A stretch of 64,000 nucleotides of DNA. Origin: Moniliella sp. 'wahieum'. Lineage: Eukaryota. Numbering within the stretch: position 1 is the stretch's first letter; every line of letters begins with the position of its first letter. Location: NCBI GenBank assembly GCA_003971905.1, contig RSEE01000043.1, positions 372,001-436,000 of the forward strand. The letters are read 5' to 3'. Shown in pieces: positions 52,809-64,000 of this stretch. Under the pieces are notes generated by a model. It saw nothing but the letters and a program-made list of their open reading frames with translations. It was not told the origin of the DNA and did not search any database. A program made the position numbers and the translations under genes.

Positions 52809-52893
52809 CTCTCCGACGGGAATCGAACCCGGGTCTCGTCCGAACGCCCAAGTATATGACAGGGACGTGTCATAGCCACTAAACTATCGGAGA
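52809..52893 (-). tRNA. tRNA-Asp(GTC), intron-containing
   Basis: Reverse complement TCTCCGATAGTTTAGTGGCTATGACA-CGTCC CT GTC A [~14-nt intron] C GGACG-AGAC-CCGGGTTCGATTCCCG-TCGGAGAG followed by oligo-T. Confidence 0.92.
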
Positions 52894-53453
52894 TCTATGC
52901 TACAGTAAGAGTGCAAATGCTGTCGTCTTAACTCCACATCGTCGTCGTCACACGCACCCAACTAACTGCACCCAACTGTAGGGGATGAGAAACGTCGTCG
53001 TAGTTCTGTCACCCCATGCTGATGATGCCTTTGGCGTATAATGAGGGCCAATCAGCTCTCTCCAACAGAGACGATGGGATGGTTGCACGTCTCCACTTTC
53101 GCCTTCGCCGGGGTATGTGGTAGGCCAACAAGGACGATGAGCAGAGACTAACATCTGGTTAAAGGCTACTTCCTTGTGCTTCCGTGGTATATGCTGCAGA
53201 AGATATATGAAAGAGAGATACTATGAAGATGTACGCTGCGATTCTGTGGGTTCGTATGTAGAGTGCATTCACATGTCCGGTGTGCATTCTCATGGTAATC
53301 AAAGATCCGTAGGCCAACGCGCCACAGGGCGTCGGGCTTTAGTGTCGTGCAATCACACGGCAGAGATGGGCACAAAAATATGGATGAGACTTGAGTTCAA
53401 GCTGGAGTATTACTGAGAGGACTGAGACTTTGCAGGCGGTACACACTTTCCAA

Positions 53454-55082
53454 TTACATTTTGTGTGTCTTTGGCATAAACCGCAGTGCTTGACGTACAC
53501 CCAAGTCGCGAAGAATTTCCTCTGTGCCACCAAGGATAGCGTCAAACTTGGTCCCCATCTGCGCTGCCGAGACAAGCGCGCCCAGCCCTGTCTTGGTCAA
53601 GCCACGGCCTCCAAAGAGGTTAATGGCCTCGTTCGCCGTTTTGGTTGAGATCTCTCGGTTGCCCATGACTTGAGCAGGGCCTGTGGCCGGCAAGGTACTT
53701 GGACTGTTCCTTGTAGCTCATTTGGTTCATCTGGAACGTGACCGCCTCCAGCCAGGCTTGCGCAGCTTCGCACTCGGACATCATCGCACCCAGTTTTTGC
53801 CGCACCACCGCCTGCGATGTCAGCGGTTTTCCGAAAGCCTTGCGCTGCGAGGCCCAAGTAATGCTCTCTTCAAGCATCAGTCGGGCTCCACGAATCGTAC
53901 CGCAGAACATGACCCAGCGCTCATGGTTAAAGTTTGAGAGAATGACCATGATGCCCATTCCTCCTCGCCAACCAAGTACTTGGCGGGGAACATGCACATC
54001 GTCAAACGTGACAAATGCTGTGCCCGCTGTGTGGAGTACTGAGTCTTGATTTGCTTGGTTTCAACCCCCTCAATGCGAGGAATGCAGATAACGCCAAAGC
54101 CGCCTCCTCTCCTCCTCATCAATAAGCTTGACAAGGGTGGTAAAGTAATCAGCAAAGTGGCCATTGGAATCCACTAACTCGTCCAAAAAACACACGGTCA
54201 GTTTGCATCCCCTTTTTTCGGCACACAGAGCGGACATACCTTTTTGGTACCGTTGACAATGTACGACCCGTCTTTTTGCTTCCTGGCGGTGGTACGGATT
54301 CCCATCACGTCCGACCCGGCAAACGCTTCGGTCACAGCAAGGGCGATGAACTTGTCGCCGGCCAAAACAGATTCAATAATCTCCTTCTGCAGATCCGGCG
54401 AGCCAAAGTTGACAATGGGGGGCAGACCAATCACCATCCCGCCCTGCAGACCGTCCATCCAACCACGGACACCTGAGCGTGCCAGCTCTTGGGTGATGAT
54501 CAACTCGTGGAAATAATCAAACTCCTCCGGCTTGATATCAGCAAAGAGTTTGCGGCCCTTAGCACTTGCCCGGTCCCATGCGCATCGCATTGATGCCACG
54601 GGCACCCATGTCCTTGACGAGGTCAATGGGCGGCCGCTTGCCGTTAGCTTCACATTCCCGAGCGACTTCAATCACATTGGCTTCGATGTAAGCGCGGATC
54701 TCGCGTTGAAGGCGGTAGTGAGACTCTTTGAAGTAAGGTCTTGAATACGGGGTGCAGCCATGTAGGCTCGGCAAAGGGGACGGGCGAAACGGCGCCAAGG
54801 GCTTTCGCCTTCACACTCGGCTCCTCGTCGACATCTTTCCAACAATCAATCGCTTGGCCATGGGCTTGTCGAGATGTCGCGGCGATGCAGACCAAAGAAG
54901 GTCTCCGTCGCATCGTCACCCGCAATGTCCTGGGAGTAGAAGACACTCTCTCCACCCGGGTGAAGCTCGGCGAACTTGCTGACATTGTAGATGGTCGAAT
55001 CAATAATGATCCAGGTGTCGCCGGGCTTGTTGTGGGCAGCGACCTGCTCGCGGGTGTACTCTTTGAATTCGGCGGGGGGCAT
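53454..55082 (-). CDS. Acyl-CoA dehydrogenase with N-terminal cytochrome b5-like domain
   Basis: KEYTREQVAAHNKPGDTWIIIDSTIYNVSKFAELHPGG; ALAVTEAFAGSDV; YIVNGTKK|W; SNFNHERW; QRKAFGKPL; FGGRGLT; AILGGTEEI. Intron about 54239..54177. Confidence 0.93.
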
Positions 55083-55827
55083 GGCAGAGTGGATGGGAAG
55101 GGAAGGTGGTGGGGGCGGGCAGGAGGAGGAAGCGCGGAGGAGCTTTGTAATGATTAGCCGCAGGCCGGAGGCGCCGATAGGCCAGAGACAGACCTGATGC
55201 CTGTCGGGGCTGACGCCTCCCATTCAGAGCCTGCTTCCGGTAGCAAAAAGCCGGCGGAGCCGGGCGGCAGCAAAGCAGCGCACAGCCGGTGGTTCCTGTG
55301 AGCCGCAAGCCCTGGTGAGACACGATGCCCGCTCCCTTTCACGCGTCCCGCAGGGATCTTGCAATTGTAATGACGTACACAGCCAATGCGGACACCAATC
55401 GGCATTTCAAATTTCATGCATAGACGGTTGAACGTTGACGCGGGACGCGTGACGCGTTGAGCGACGCTTGACACTTTGAAAGTCAATCGAAACAGGGTTG
55501 TGTTAAACGACACCAGGTAGCTACACTGGCTCTGTGCTTGCCTGCTGCGGCTTCGCCTTCCTAGGGTTGGGCACGCCAGTCTCACCCTCCAGCTCGGCAC
55601 TGCCCGCGACTGGCGGCTGCGCTAGGGTTGGTGCCCCCTCTGCCTCGGTGCATACCGATGCTGGCCGTGCGGCTGGCGGTGCCGTTGGCGGACCACCACA
55701 CACAAAGGTTAGTACCGCTCACCCCGAGACGCCGGTACCACCACCATGGCCAGGGAGCACATGAACTTGCTCCCTTGCTGGTGCTCCGCTTCGAGCATAC
55801 AGCTGACCCCGTGTCAGGTCTTTTGAC

Positions 55828-56272
55828 ATGCAATCTTTGTCAACTCTGTCCGGGGAAACACCCTGACCCTGGCGGGGCGCCTGAGGCTACCGTCCAGTCG
55901 GTCAAGGCGCTCAACTTTGCGCGCGCCGGCATTCCCGCTGAGGAGCAACGTCTTCTCTACGCTGGAAAGCAACTGCTTGACGACCGTACCTGGCTGACTA
56001 CGGGATCCAGAAGGACTCTACGTTGCACATGTCGCTGAGGTATGCTTGCCCCCATCTTCCCGTGCTGTTCCGATGCTTGTGTGTCTGACTGTTCCGGTAG
56101 CCTCCTTGGTGGTATCATTGAGCCTTCGCTCAAGGTTCTTGCATCTAAGACCAATGTTGAAAAGCAGATTTGCCGCAAGTGCTACGCCCGCCTCCCTCCC
56201 CGGGCCACGAACTGCCGGAAGCGTAAGTGCGGCCACTCGTCGCAGCTGCGCAAGAAGAAGGTTCTTAAGTAA
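55828..56272 (+). CDS. RPL40: Divergent ubiquitin-like domain fused to ribosomal protein eL40
   Basis: [92 protein letters not shown]. Intron at 56040-56100 and a probable 5'-UTR intron at about 55708-55817. Confidence 0.92.
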
Positions 56273-57197
56273 ACGTCTCACTGCCCGCCTTACTCGATTC
56301 TGGTCTGTCTTCCTGCCGTACGTTCTTGGTTGCGGGACAGCCCCAACAAAAATGGGTTTTGGAGGATGATCTCCTTTCCTTTCCTCGTGCCATGTCGTGT
56401 CGGATTCCTGTCCTGTGCGAACCACCTGTCCGGGGGTGAGAGTACCGCGCTTACACCTTGGCCTCTGTCTCTACATTTCATGCCTCCATTCCCTTGTGGT
56501 CAACACATTCTATCCCTCCCCCCAAGTGCAATGTAGGAGACAGTCGTGATGACCCAGTTAGCCCGAAGACTGTAATCAATTGGGTCTACCCTGTCAGGGC
56601 TTTGTGTTTGTGGCTAATCATACCACTGATGAATGAATTTGACCCTACTAGGGCAAGGTTCTAACAACATTAGCAAAACAATGATAGGGATGGGCGTGCT
56701 CATAGATTTCACCATTCCCGAAGGCTTGAACATGACTGATATCCTTGGCTTTTGGACATGGGGGTACAAGGAGATGGCAGTATGGGTCAAGCTCACCTTG
56801 GTGCAGATACTGCGCGGGCCCCTTTTCCGCTTGGAAAGGCCTCCTTGAGTGTGGGCGGGGCAATGAACGAAGAGAAACGGAAGATATGCTTTCGGGCCAC
56901 GAACAAAAGCTACTACTTTTGCAGTTCGCATTCCCTAAATACTCACAGAAAACGACTGTATATATACCAAAATGCAACCTCGACACCGAGTCCATCGGGC
57001 CAAACATATGACGGATGCCGCTCGCCAACAAGCGCAACGGGCGTACACGACAAGGTTCACACTATCTGCTAAGCATCCAGGTTCACGCTTGACGACTGGG
57101 TCATGAGCTTGAGAAAACCATCTTTTTGCGGTTCCGCGCGCTTCACAATCAATACAATGGCGGCAGGATGGTGGTGTATGGGCATATCTTCCCCATC

Positions 57198-58690
57198 TTA
57201 CCAATCCAACGGTTCCTCTTTTGGCTTTTTGAACTTCAGAGTGGTCGACGGAGACAAGTCGGAGAGCTTGGCCAAATCAGGCTCCTCAGGCTCAGGCTCA
57301 GGCTCTTGCTTGATCTCCCTCCCCCCGATGGCTGGGGCCCAGCTAGCAGGTTTCCAACGAATTGATCCACCTCCAACTCAATTTCAGTGGTAGGCCCCAG
57401 AACTGATTTCCACTCCCCTCCTCCTCGGATCGTCGACTAAGCATATCAGAGTGGGACCGCCAAGGGAGGGGAACGCGGTGTTGGCTCTGAGCTTGGGCGA
57501 CAGTCAGCATGGCGGGACAGAGTGGTCCTCCTCGTTTATGTCCCAGCTTGCGCTGGTGGTCCGCCACCGCACACATATCGCACCGCGGCGACTGAGGCGT
57601 GCATATCGTTTGTCCCAGTCCCACGAGAAGAGGGTTGATATGAGACCAAAGGATGCGGGGTAGGAATGCTTCCAGTTGGGCTCGGGTTGTCTCGGGGGTG
57701 CTCTTGGGTTTGGTCAAAGGCTGGGTCCACCCCAATCGGCTGGCAATCCGATGAACATGGGTGTCAACCCCAATTCCTTGTCCTTCTCCTACGGATTGGA
57801 GAAATAGAAAGGCCATTTTAGGCCCGATTCCTTGAAATGCAGTCAACTCCTCCAATGTGTGAGGGGGCGACCACGAAACTCGCCAGGTCGCTCCAACAAC
57901 TGCACCGCTACACCTCGGAGGTATCCAGTCTTGCGGCGCCAAAATCCAACTTGACCAATCGCTTGTTGAATAGTTTCGTCCGAGGCGGCGGCCACCGACT
58001 CGGCTGTCAGCCCACCAGGTAGCGTTTCCTGTAGCGTTTTGACCGCAGCCGCCGTGACGGCATCTTTAGTCTGTGACGAGAGGACCAGGGCCACCAAAGT
58101 GGCAAACTCTCGCCGAACCAAGAGCTCTTGGGCAGAGTACGTCTCGCCTGGTTCCAATTCCAACCCATTGCTTGCGCAGGGCCCGTTCCCGTTCCAGGCC
58201 GTGCAGAAGCATGAGACGCAGCAAATTCCCGCACCGAGGTGGCGCCTGTGGCTTCGCACCCAACCGTGTCCACTGGCGCTGCCATCCAGTCCCTCTCCGC
58301 ACTCAGAAGGGCGTACGTGGTCTGCCATCCCGTAGGTGCAGGCCAGCTTGGCGCATTGGAAGCGCCCGACTCAGATTTGATCTTCAGCTTACTAGGGGAG
58401 CGGTTGGTTCGAGACTTCTTGCCATCACGGGGCGGTGGAGGCTTGGAATCCTGGTCGACGCTAGGCTGAGTTGGTTGAGATGGGACCAAACCAGGGGAGC
58501 GCTTGCGCTTGGTTGGTGATGGATTGGATGGGGTGCTAGGGCCATCAATCTCTGCCTTCACATCCGATACGGCCGTGCGACGCACCACCCTCGGTGCCAC
58601 TGTTGGTGTCGGTGTCAAGGCGGGAGGGATGCTGGTGGATGCTGGTGCGGGCTCGAACAACGTACGAAAGGCCCGCCGTGTGGTAACCAT
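57198..58690 (-). CDS. NTH1: Endonuclease III-like DNA glycosylase/AP lyase (HhH-GPD, Fe-S cluster)
   Basis: [57 protein letters not shown]...LCP. The likely end is ..EEPLDW* after a frameshift. Confidence 0.92.
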
Positions 58691-59431
58691 GGTGTAGCGC
58701 GGCACCACAAAGACGCGGGCGAGGGCAAGGGCAAACAGTGGGACCAAGTGAGCTGCGGCGGCGGCGCGGCAGGCAGGAGCGGAGCTGGTTGGACGTTGGT
58801 GGTGGTCGCTGGAAATAACCCTTGGGAGATTGTTTGAAAGTTGAAGGGCACATATTGAGGCTCATCTTCAGCTTCAACTTGCAACTCATTGTTTACGATG
58901 TACACACACACAGCGTGCTAATATCGCTTTTTGCACTGTCGTCCCACAATCCCTTGTGCTGATACTCGCTCACGCGCTCACGTCTCATGGGAGAATACGG
59001 CCAATTTCGTGGACGAAGGCCGGCTTGCCCTCCCCTAGTCGGCTGCCAGCGGACAAGGAACTCGAATTCCGCGTTTGGCCAGTACCATCAACTCTCTCTG
59101 TTGTGTGGAAGCATCCAGATGGCGATTGCACTGCAGGAGTCCAGTGGTAGGGACAGAGGGACCAGAACCATTGTCGCACAATCGTCCAGTGAGTGGCATT
59201 TTAGAGCAGGGAAAACCTCATGCTACTCATACCCGCGCCTTACTGGCATTTTCTCTCATCTGCATCTCGTCCGTTGGCCTCATTTTTGCATGTCAAAAGC
59301 TCACTCGGGCCAGACATACTACCATGCCTCGTCGGCTACATCGAGCCATGAATGGGATTTAAAATGCCTCATTCCGGATTGGCCCCAATAAAAGGTATCT
59401 ATACATCTCTGTGGGTAATGGGTAATGAGAC

Positions 59432-60444
59432 TCATGTCTCGTCCAGAATCGAGGCTGAATAGTAGGAAACAGAACAGCTGAATTGGTAACCCAAAGTTGA
59501 AGACGAGGGGAGAGAGAATTTTGACAGTGCCATCAAGTACACGTCTTTGGACCATTACTAGTCAAAGAGAGGAACCGAGTATACGGGGTACCATCATTCG
59601 TGGGACCCTCGTCCATTCGCCTCCGCTTCATGTTGGGCCCATCAAGTGGATATGCAGGCAACTCGTGAGGGTGTTGGCTGGGAGGGGGGTTCAAGGGAAT
59701 ATCTTCAACCATTGCTACCTCCTCACCCCAACCGACTGATTCGTCGGCCGTCGAGTCGCTCCAAACGGAAGCAGCCAAAACTGGTTTCGGCTGGGGGTGA
59801 ATGTAAGTCAAGAGATAAAAATAGGGTAAGGGCTTAGGCTCCGGCCGGCGACCCCGGCCTGGATACGAGGAAGTGGAGTGGCTCCCCAGTGAACTAGACC
59901 ACAGTGACTTGGAACGGAGAGACTGGTGGGGACGAGATATGGCCAAGCCGATACGGGTACGTAACTGGGATCGTTCTCCCATTCTTCGGGGGACCAATGT
60001 ATGCACGCTTACGGTCGCTGACCCTACCGAAGTGGAGGTTTTGACCGGGTTGGTGGACATGCTCGAATGGGGCAAGGGAGGGCTGAAACCGGGTTGAACG
60101 GGACGTGAACAAAATTGGAGGACGAGACCGAGGAAGTGAAGCTCACAGCTTCTTGGGTTGCGCCAGGTCCTGCCCATGGATCAGTGAAAGTAAGGTGCGT
60201 TGCCTTATTGACACTGTTATTGGTGTGCACATCGCAGTCGCCAGCACGACTGGCAGAGGCGGTGGGAGCCATGACAGAGGGGTCAAGGGCAAAATGAGTG
60301 CGTGGACCTAGGCGGCCATGAAGGTGTCGGAAATGGACGCGACCACGCCAGCTGTCAGTGGCAGTGGAATCGGTGGAGACGGAGGCCGCCGCGCGGGAGA
60401 CAGTTTTTTGACCGGTGGTGAATAAGCCGACAGAGAGGGGCATT
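59432..60444 (-). CDS. Hypothetical Ser/Pro-rich protein
   Basis: Overlapping minus-strand ORFs behind a pyrimidine-rich leader, with a basic motif MKRRRM. No recognisable domain. Confidence 0.35.
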
Positions 60445-61343
60445 GTGAATGCGGTGGTGTTTTGGAGAGTCAATGGAACTGGGCGAGTAGAGTCTCGCAG
60501 ACGGTTGCAGAGAGATGGAGTGAAGAAATATCAGGGAGCGATCACAGGGGAGACCGCGATGAAGTCTTCTTGCAAACACCACAGCCAATAGGAAAAGGCG
60601 AATAGTCCACACAACGAGAAGGTCAATGCGAAGCGCAAGCGCAATGACAAGGGCAGGGGCAAGAGCAAGAGCAAAAAGGAGCACGAGCGTGGAGAGGTAA
60701 TAGAGGCCGAGAGGAGGACTGTGTTGGGGTGTTGGTATATGCGTTGGGGTAGCATGTGAGAGGGGTGAGTACCGAGTACTGAGCATGGAGTGTGTGACAT
60801 GACATTGCAACACGGCAGCAGTGCGAGTAAGGCGGGGTACAGCCTGGTACAACCGGGTACAGCAGGTTAGCAGAAAAGTGGCCTTGTGCCCAGCCCGCCT
60901 GTAGTATGCCCACGCGTACGGCTCAGGCGCTGAGGACCCGCGCATTATAAGCGACGCACGTCAGCGCACGCCACCGCCCGGCTGAGCTGGGCGCCTAATG
61001 TGCCTGAAGCCAATAACGCTTATTAACGCGATTAACGCCGCCACTCACATCAAGTGCATGGAGCTTCGCTAGAAGCTCGACATGCATGACAGGAGTCTCC
61101 GTGCGCGTGACTAGTCATCTACTAGTGACCCCCCAGCCTATTCCCTACCTGTGTCCTCGGCGCTTTCGTTTGCCACGGCCTTACATGTGCTTCTTTGCCC
61201 CGCGCGGGGCAACACCCCCCATGGGGTCTGCCAGGCACATCTGTCGACCGTCGGTGATCTGTCTCATTTGCTGCTTGCGTACCACAACAGGTGGGGTTAA
61301 CGTTGTTGACGCGATGCCATCCGTCGTGGCTGCGCCAAAAAAG

Positions 61344-61428
61344 CGCCCCACGTGGGACTCGAACCCACAACCGTGAGATGGACCTCTGTAGTAAGAGTCT
61401 CAAATTCTACCGATTGAAATAGCGAGGC
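61344..61428 (-). tRNA. tRNA-Lys(CTT), intron-containing
   Basis: Reverse complement GCCTCGCTATTTCAATCGGTAGAATT-TGAGA CT CTT A [~12-nt intron] A TCTCA-CGGTT-GTGGGTTCGAGTCCCAC-GTGGGGCG followed by oligo-T. Confidence 0.88.
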
Positions 61429-61686
61429 ATTTGGCAGAAGTTGGGACCTGCATCATTTCTCGGAGCAGGCAGGTTGGAAACGAGCACAGCTCTACCTGGA
61501 CAGCACTGGGGCTGTGAGGCAGCCACTCAGCGTCAGCCTCCCTCACTGGTTCAGTGTAGAAACATATGCACCACACGCCACATGCCACGTGTCACCGCTC
61601 ACCCCCCTCCCTACATACACCTGCCCCCCTCCTTCCGCCGCCTCCCCACATCCCGCCCCGTCGTCACTACACCCCCCCCATTCCTC

Positions 61687-63861
61687 ATGGGCACCCTCGG
61701 GGACAGCATCCCCACGGGCACGGGGCCAAACCGCCCACATCTCCCCCCTCCTCACCCGCCGCTCCACCGGCAACCTCCGGCGCTGGGCCCGCCGCTTTGC
61801 CACCCCCGCCCCGCCTCCTTCCTCGCGCCCCCCACCACACACGCCGCCCAGCCCAGCCGCCCAAAACGGTTGGGCCCTTTGTCGAAGCCCACCACTACGC
61901 AGCCCTGCCCACCCTCTTCTTGGCCCACACGGACCCAGCCCGACGGTGGTCTCAGCCATGCCCGATCTCTTAGCTCGTTCCAAGTCCTGCAAGCGGTATT
62001 TTCCCATCCAATCATTTCATCGGCAGACACCGCCTCCCGCAGCTGCAGCCATAACCCCAGTGTTCCTCCCGAGCCTCCCTCCCCTCCCCAAATCCAAGTG
62101 TCGCCTTCCAGAAGTATGGCCCTCCATCTCCCCCAACACAGTCAAACCTAGCGGCCCCTAACCATGCGTCATCGACGGCCAACCTAGAATACGCCGCTTG
62201 CACTGGCCGCCTCGATGCAAACCATTGCGGCGAGAGCGTGCTGGATCCAGAAAGTACTTCCACACCTCAACTAGTGTTGTGTACCCTAAGTCGGAGCAGC
62301 AGCAGCGACAGCCTGACTGACACATCGTGCGATGAGGAGACTTGTACTTTGGAGGGGATCTCTCACTTCTGCCTGATGTACCAGAGCCACTGGATTCGCT
62401 GGTGGAACATGTAAGGGCAGCGTTCAATCCGGATCATGGAGCAAGTCGAGCCCTCATTCGGACGATTGGGCTACACCATACGAATTCTCCCCGGTCAGTC
62501 CTCTCGGTCTTGGGATTAACCCTCCAGGTCGGTCTCGATCCAGTACTGCCCCTCAACTCCCGCTGGACCGGACAAAGAGGAGATGGTGTGCTCAAGTGAA
62601 TCCATCCCGAAATCGAGGCTTCCTCCGCAGCCTTCGGTTGGTACGATACGTCGTGCAACTTCTGCTCATTTGAGCCGGTCTCGCGGGCGCACTTCTCCCC
62701 CGCCATCATCCTGGTTTCTATCTCGCAGAAGGGGGGCACATCACCTCAGGACTGGTGCATCGATCAACAATGGCATTCCGGATGAATTGAAAGGGGGAAC
62801 AAATGCTGACTACTACTGTCCCTCCATCCCGCTTCGCTCCACGGACCACATTCCGCAAGGCCAGTCGAGCGCCACGGCCGACCTATCTAGGTGGAACCAA
62901 GGGGAATCCCGCTTGACATCCCTTTGTTCTGTCCCTGCTGGAGCTGATCAACCCGAATTGCCTCGACGTCTGCAGCACCACATACCAGTGGCCAGGTTGA
63001 ATTTCCCTTGTCGTCTTCCAACCCTCGGGAAAGTATGTCAATGGGGCGCCATGCTCGTATCCGATCTTGGACCGCAGGGTCGTATGCTCCTCTCTTTTCG
63101 TTTTCTTCACGAGCCTCAGTCTCCTTCTCATCTCCCCGTGGTATTTGCCGGAGCTCGTCATTCGACAGAGCCCAGTCGCCCTCTTCAGTCAGTTATCTAC
63201 CGCCTTCCAAGTTGACCATTACCGAACGCCGGTCGTCGGTTCCAGCAAGGGCGGGAAGATTGTCTGACCCTCCGTCCGTCAGCCCATTACCAAACTCCGC
63301 GACCAGTTTGCCTCGCTCTTCGGTCCAACACCAAGGAGGAATTCGAGTTTGGGCATGGGACTAAGTACATTGGCCATGTCAATCAAGACTGGGGTTCGGT
63401 CTTCCACTTGGTCTTTGCCCTTGGCGCGCAATGGCTCAATACACGCGGTGGGAGATGAGTGTGTTACTACATCGTTTCAGCAGGGCTCCCATTCCACGGA
63501 TGCGATTGGCATGGTACCTTCCGATCGCCGTTTCTCTTGCCCTCAGTCTTTTCTGCAACGACGAGCCACCTTCTCCCGCAAACGGAAGCAAGCGATGAGC
63601 CCCCTTTCTCCTCCCCCTCAACCTCTTCCCCCGTTGGATAGCCGTCCTGCCATCCCCCGTCGCACCCAGTCGGCAGCTACCTTGCTCTTGTTCCAGAGGG
63701 ACAGCGAGGTACTTTCCCCTGGTTCACCCACTTTGGTCGACTCCGCCCCTGCTCCCTTACCCGTCCACAAACGGTTCAGGGCCTCTTTGCTCGCTCGGGG
63801 CTTGCTGCACCTTCTTGATCTTTCTAAATACTTGTCCCACACTGGTTGTGTGTGCATCTAG
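61687..63861 (+). CDS. Hypothetical protein (Pro-rich N-terminus, frameshifted)
   Basis: A chain of plus-strand ORF fragments (MGTLGDSIPTG.., LYFGGDLSLLPDVPEPLDSLVEHVRAAF.., PAIPRRTQSA) followed by a T-rich 3' region. No recognisable domain. Confidence 0.4.
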
Positions 63862-64000
63862 TGCGTCTTCTATTCTTTCTCTGACCCCCGCACTCGGTGG
63901 TGCCCCTCTCTTTTTTTGCCCGACAGCGTCTTGTCATTTGTGCTGTCGGATGTGAGATCTGACTCTTCAAGTTTTGGGCGTTGCCCCACTTCCGTATTGG

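Noticed and set aside
56546..56629. Possible C/D-box snoRNA (GTGATGA...CTGA)
   Set aside because: No terminal stem and no recognisable rRNA-complementary guide. The motifs are short enough to occur by chance.

Overview
Gene-dense, GC-rich, intron-poor fungal chromosomal DNA. Protein similarity and short GT..CT(A/G)AC..YAG introns point to a basidiomycete yeast, probably Ustilaginomycotina (inference). In order, the window contains the EMC1 5' end, a Zn2Cys6 transcription factor, tRNA-Leu(AAG), NUP192, an ENT3-like epsin, eIF3c/NIP1, DBF4, PSF3, a bZIP factor, PFK, a histidine acid phosphatase, a 47-aa Cys4 microprotein missed by the ORF track, a CxxC-less thioredoxin-fold membrane protein, a single-TM protein, ABP1, a PHO8-like alkaline phosphatase, tRNA-His(GTG), two tandem CENP-B/pogo-type HTH genes without a DDE domain, tRNA-Asp(GTC), a cytochrome b5/acyl-CoA dehydrogenase, a divergent ubiquitin-like/eL40 fusion, NTH1, tRNA-Lys(CTT) and two unidentified low-complexity genes. 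Nearly every gene carries 1-bp frameshifts, best explained as long-read assembly indels, so CDS coordinates are outer gene spans read by eye. The most interesting observations are (1) a window-wide intergenic pattern of 7-bp-periodic TGA/TCA-N4 arrays with interchangeable, mostly palindromic cores, (2) an eL40 fused to a non-canonical FUBI-like domain instead of ubiquitin, (3) a duplicated, tRNA-bracketed pair of domesticated pogo HTH genes, and (4) the zinc-ribbon-like microprotein. No database searches were possible.
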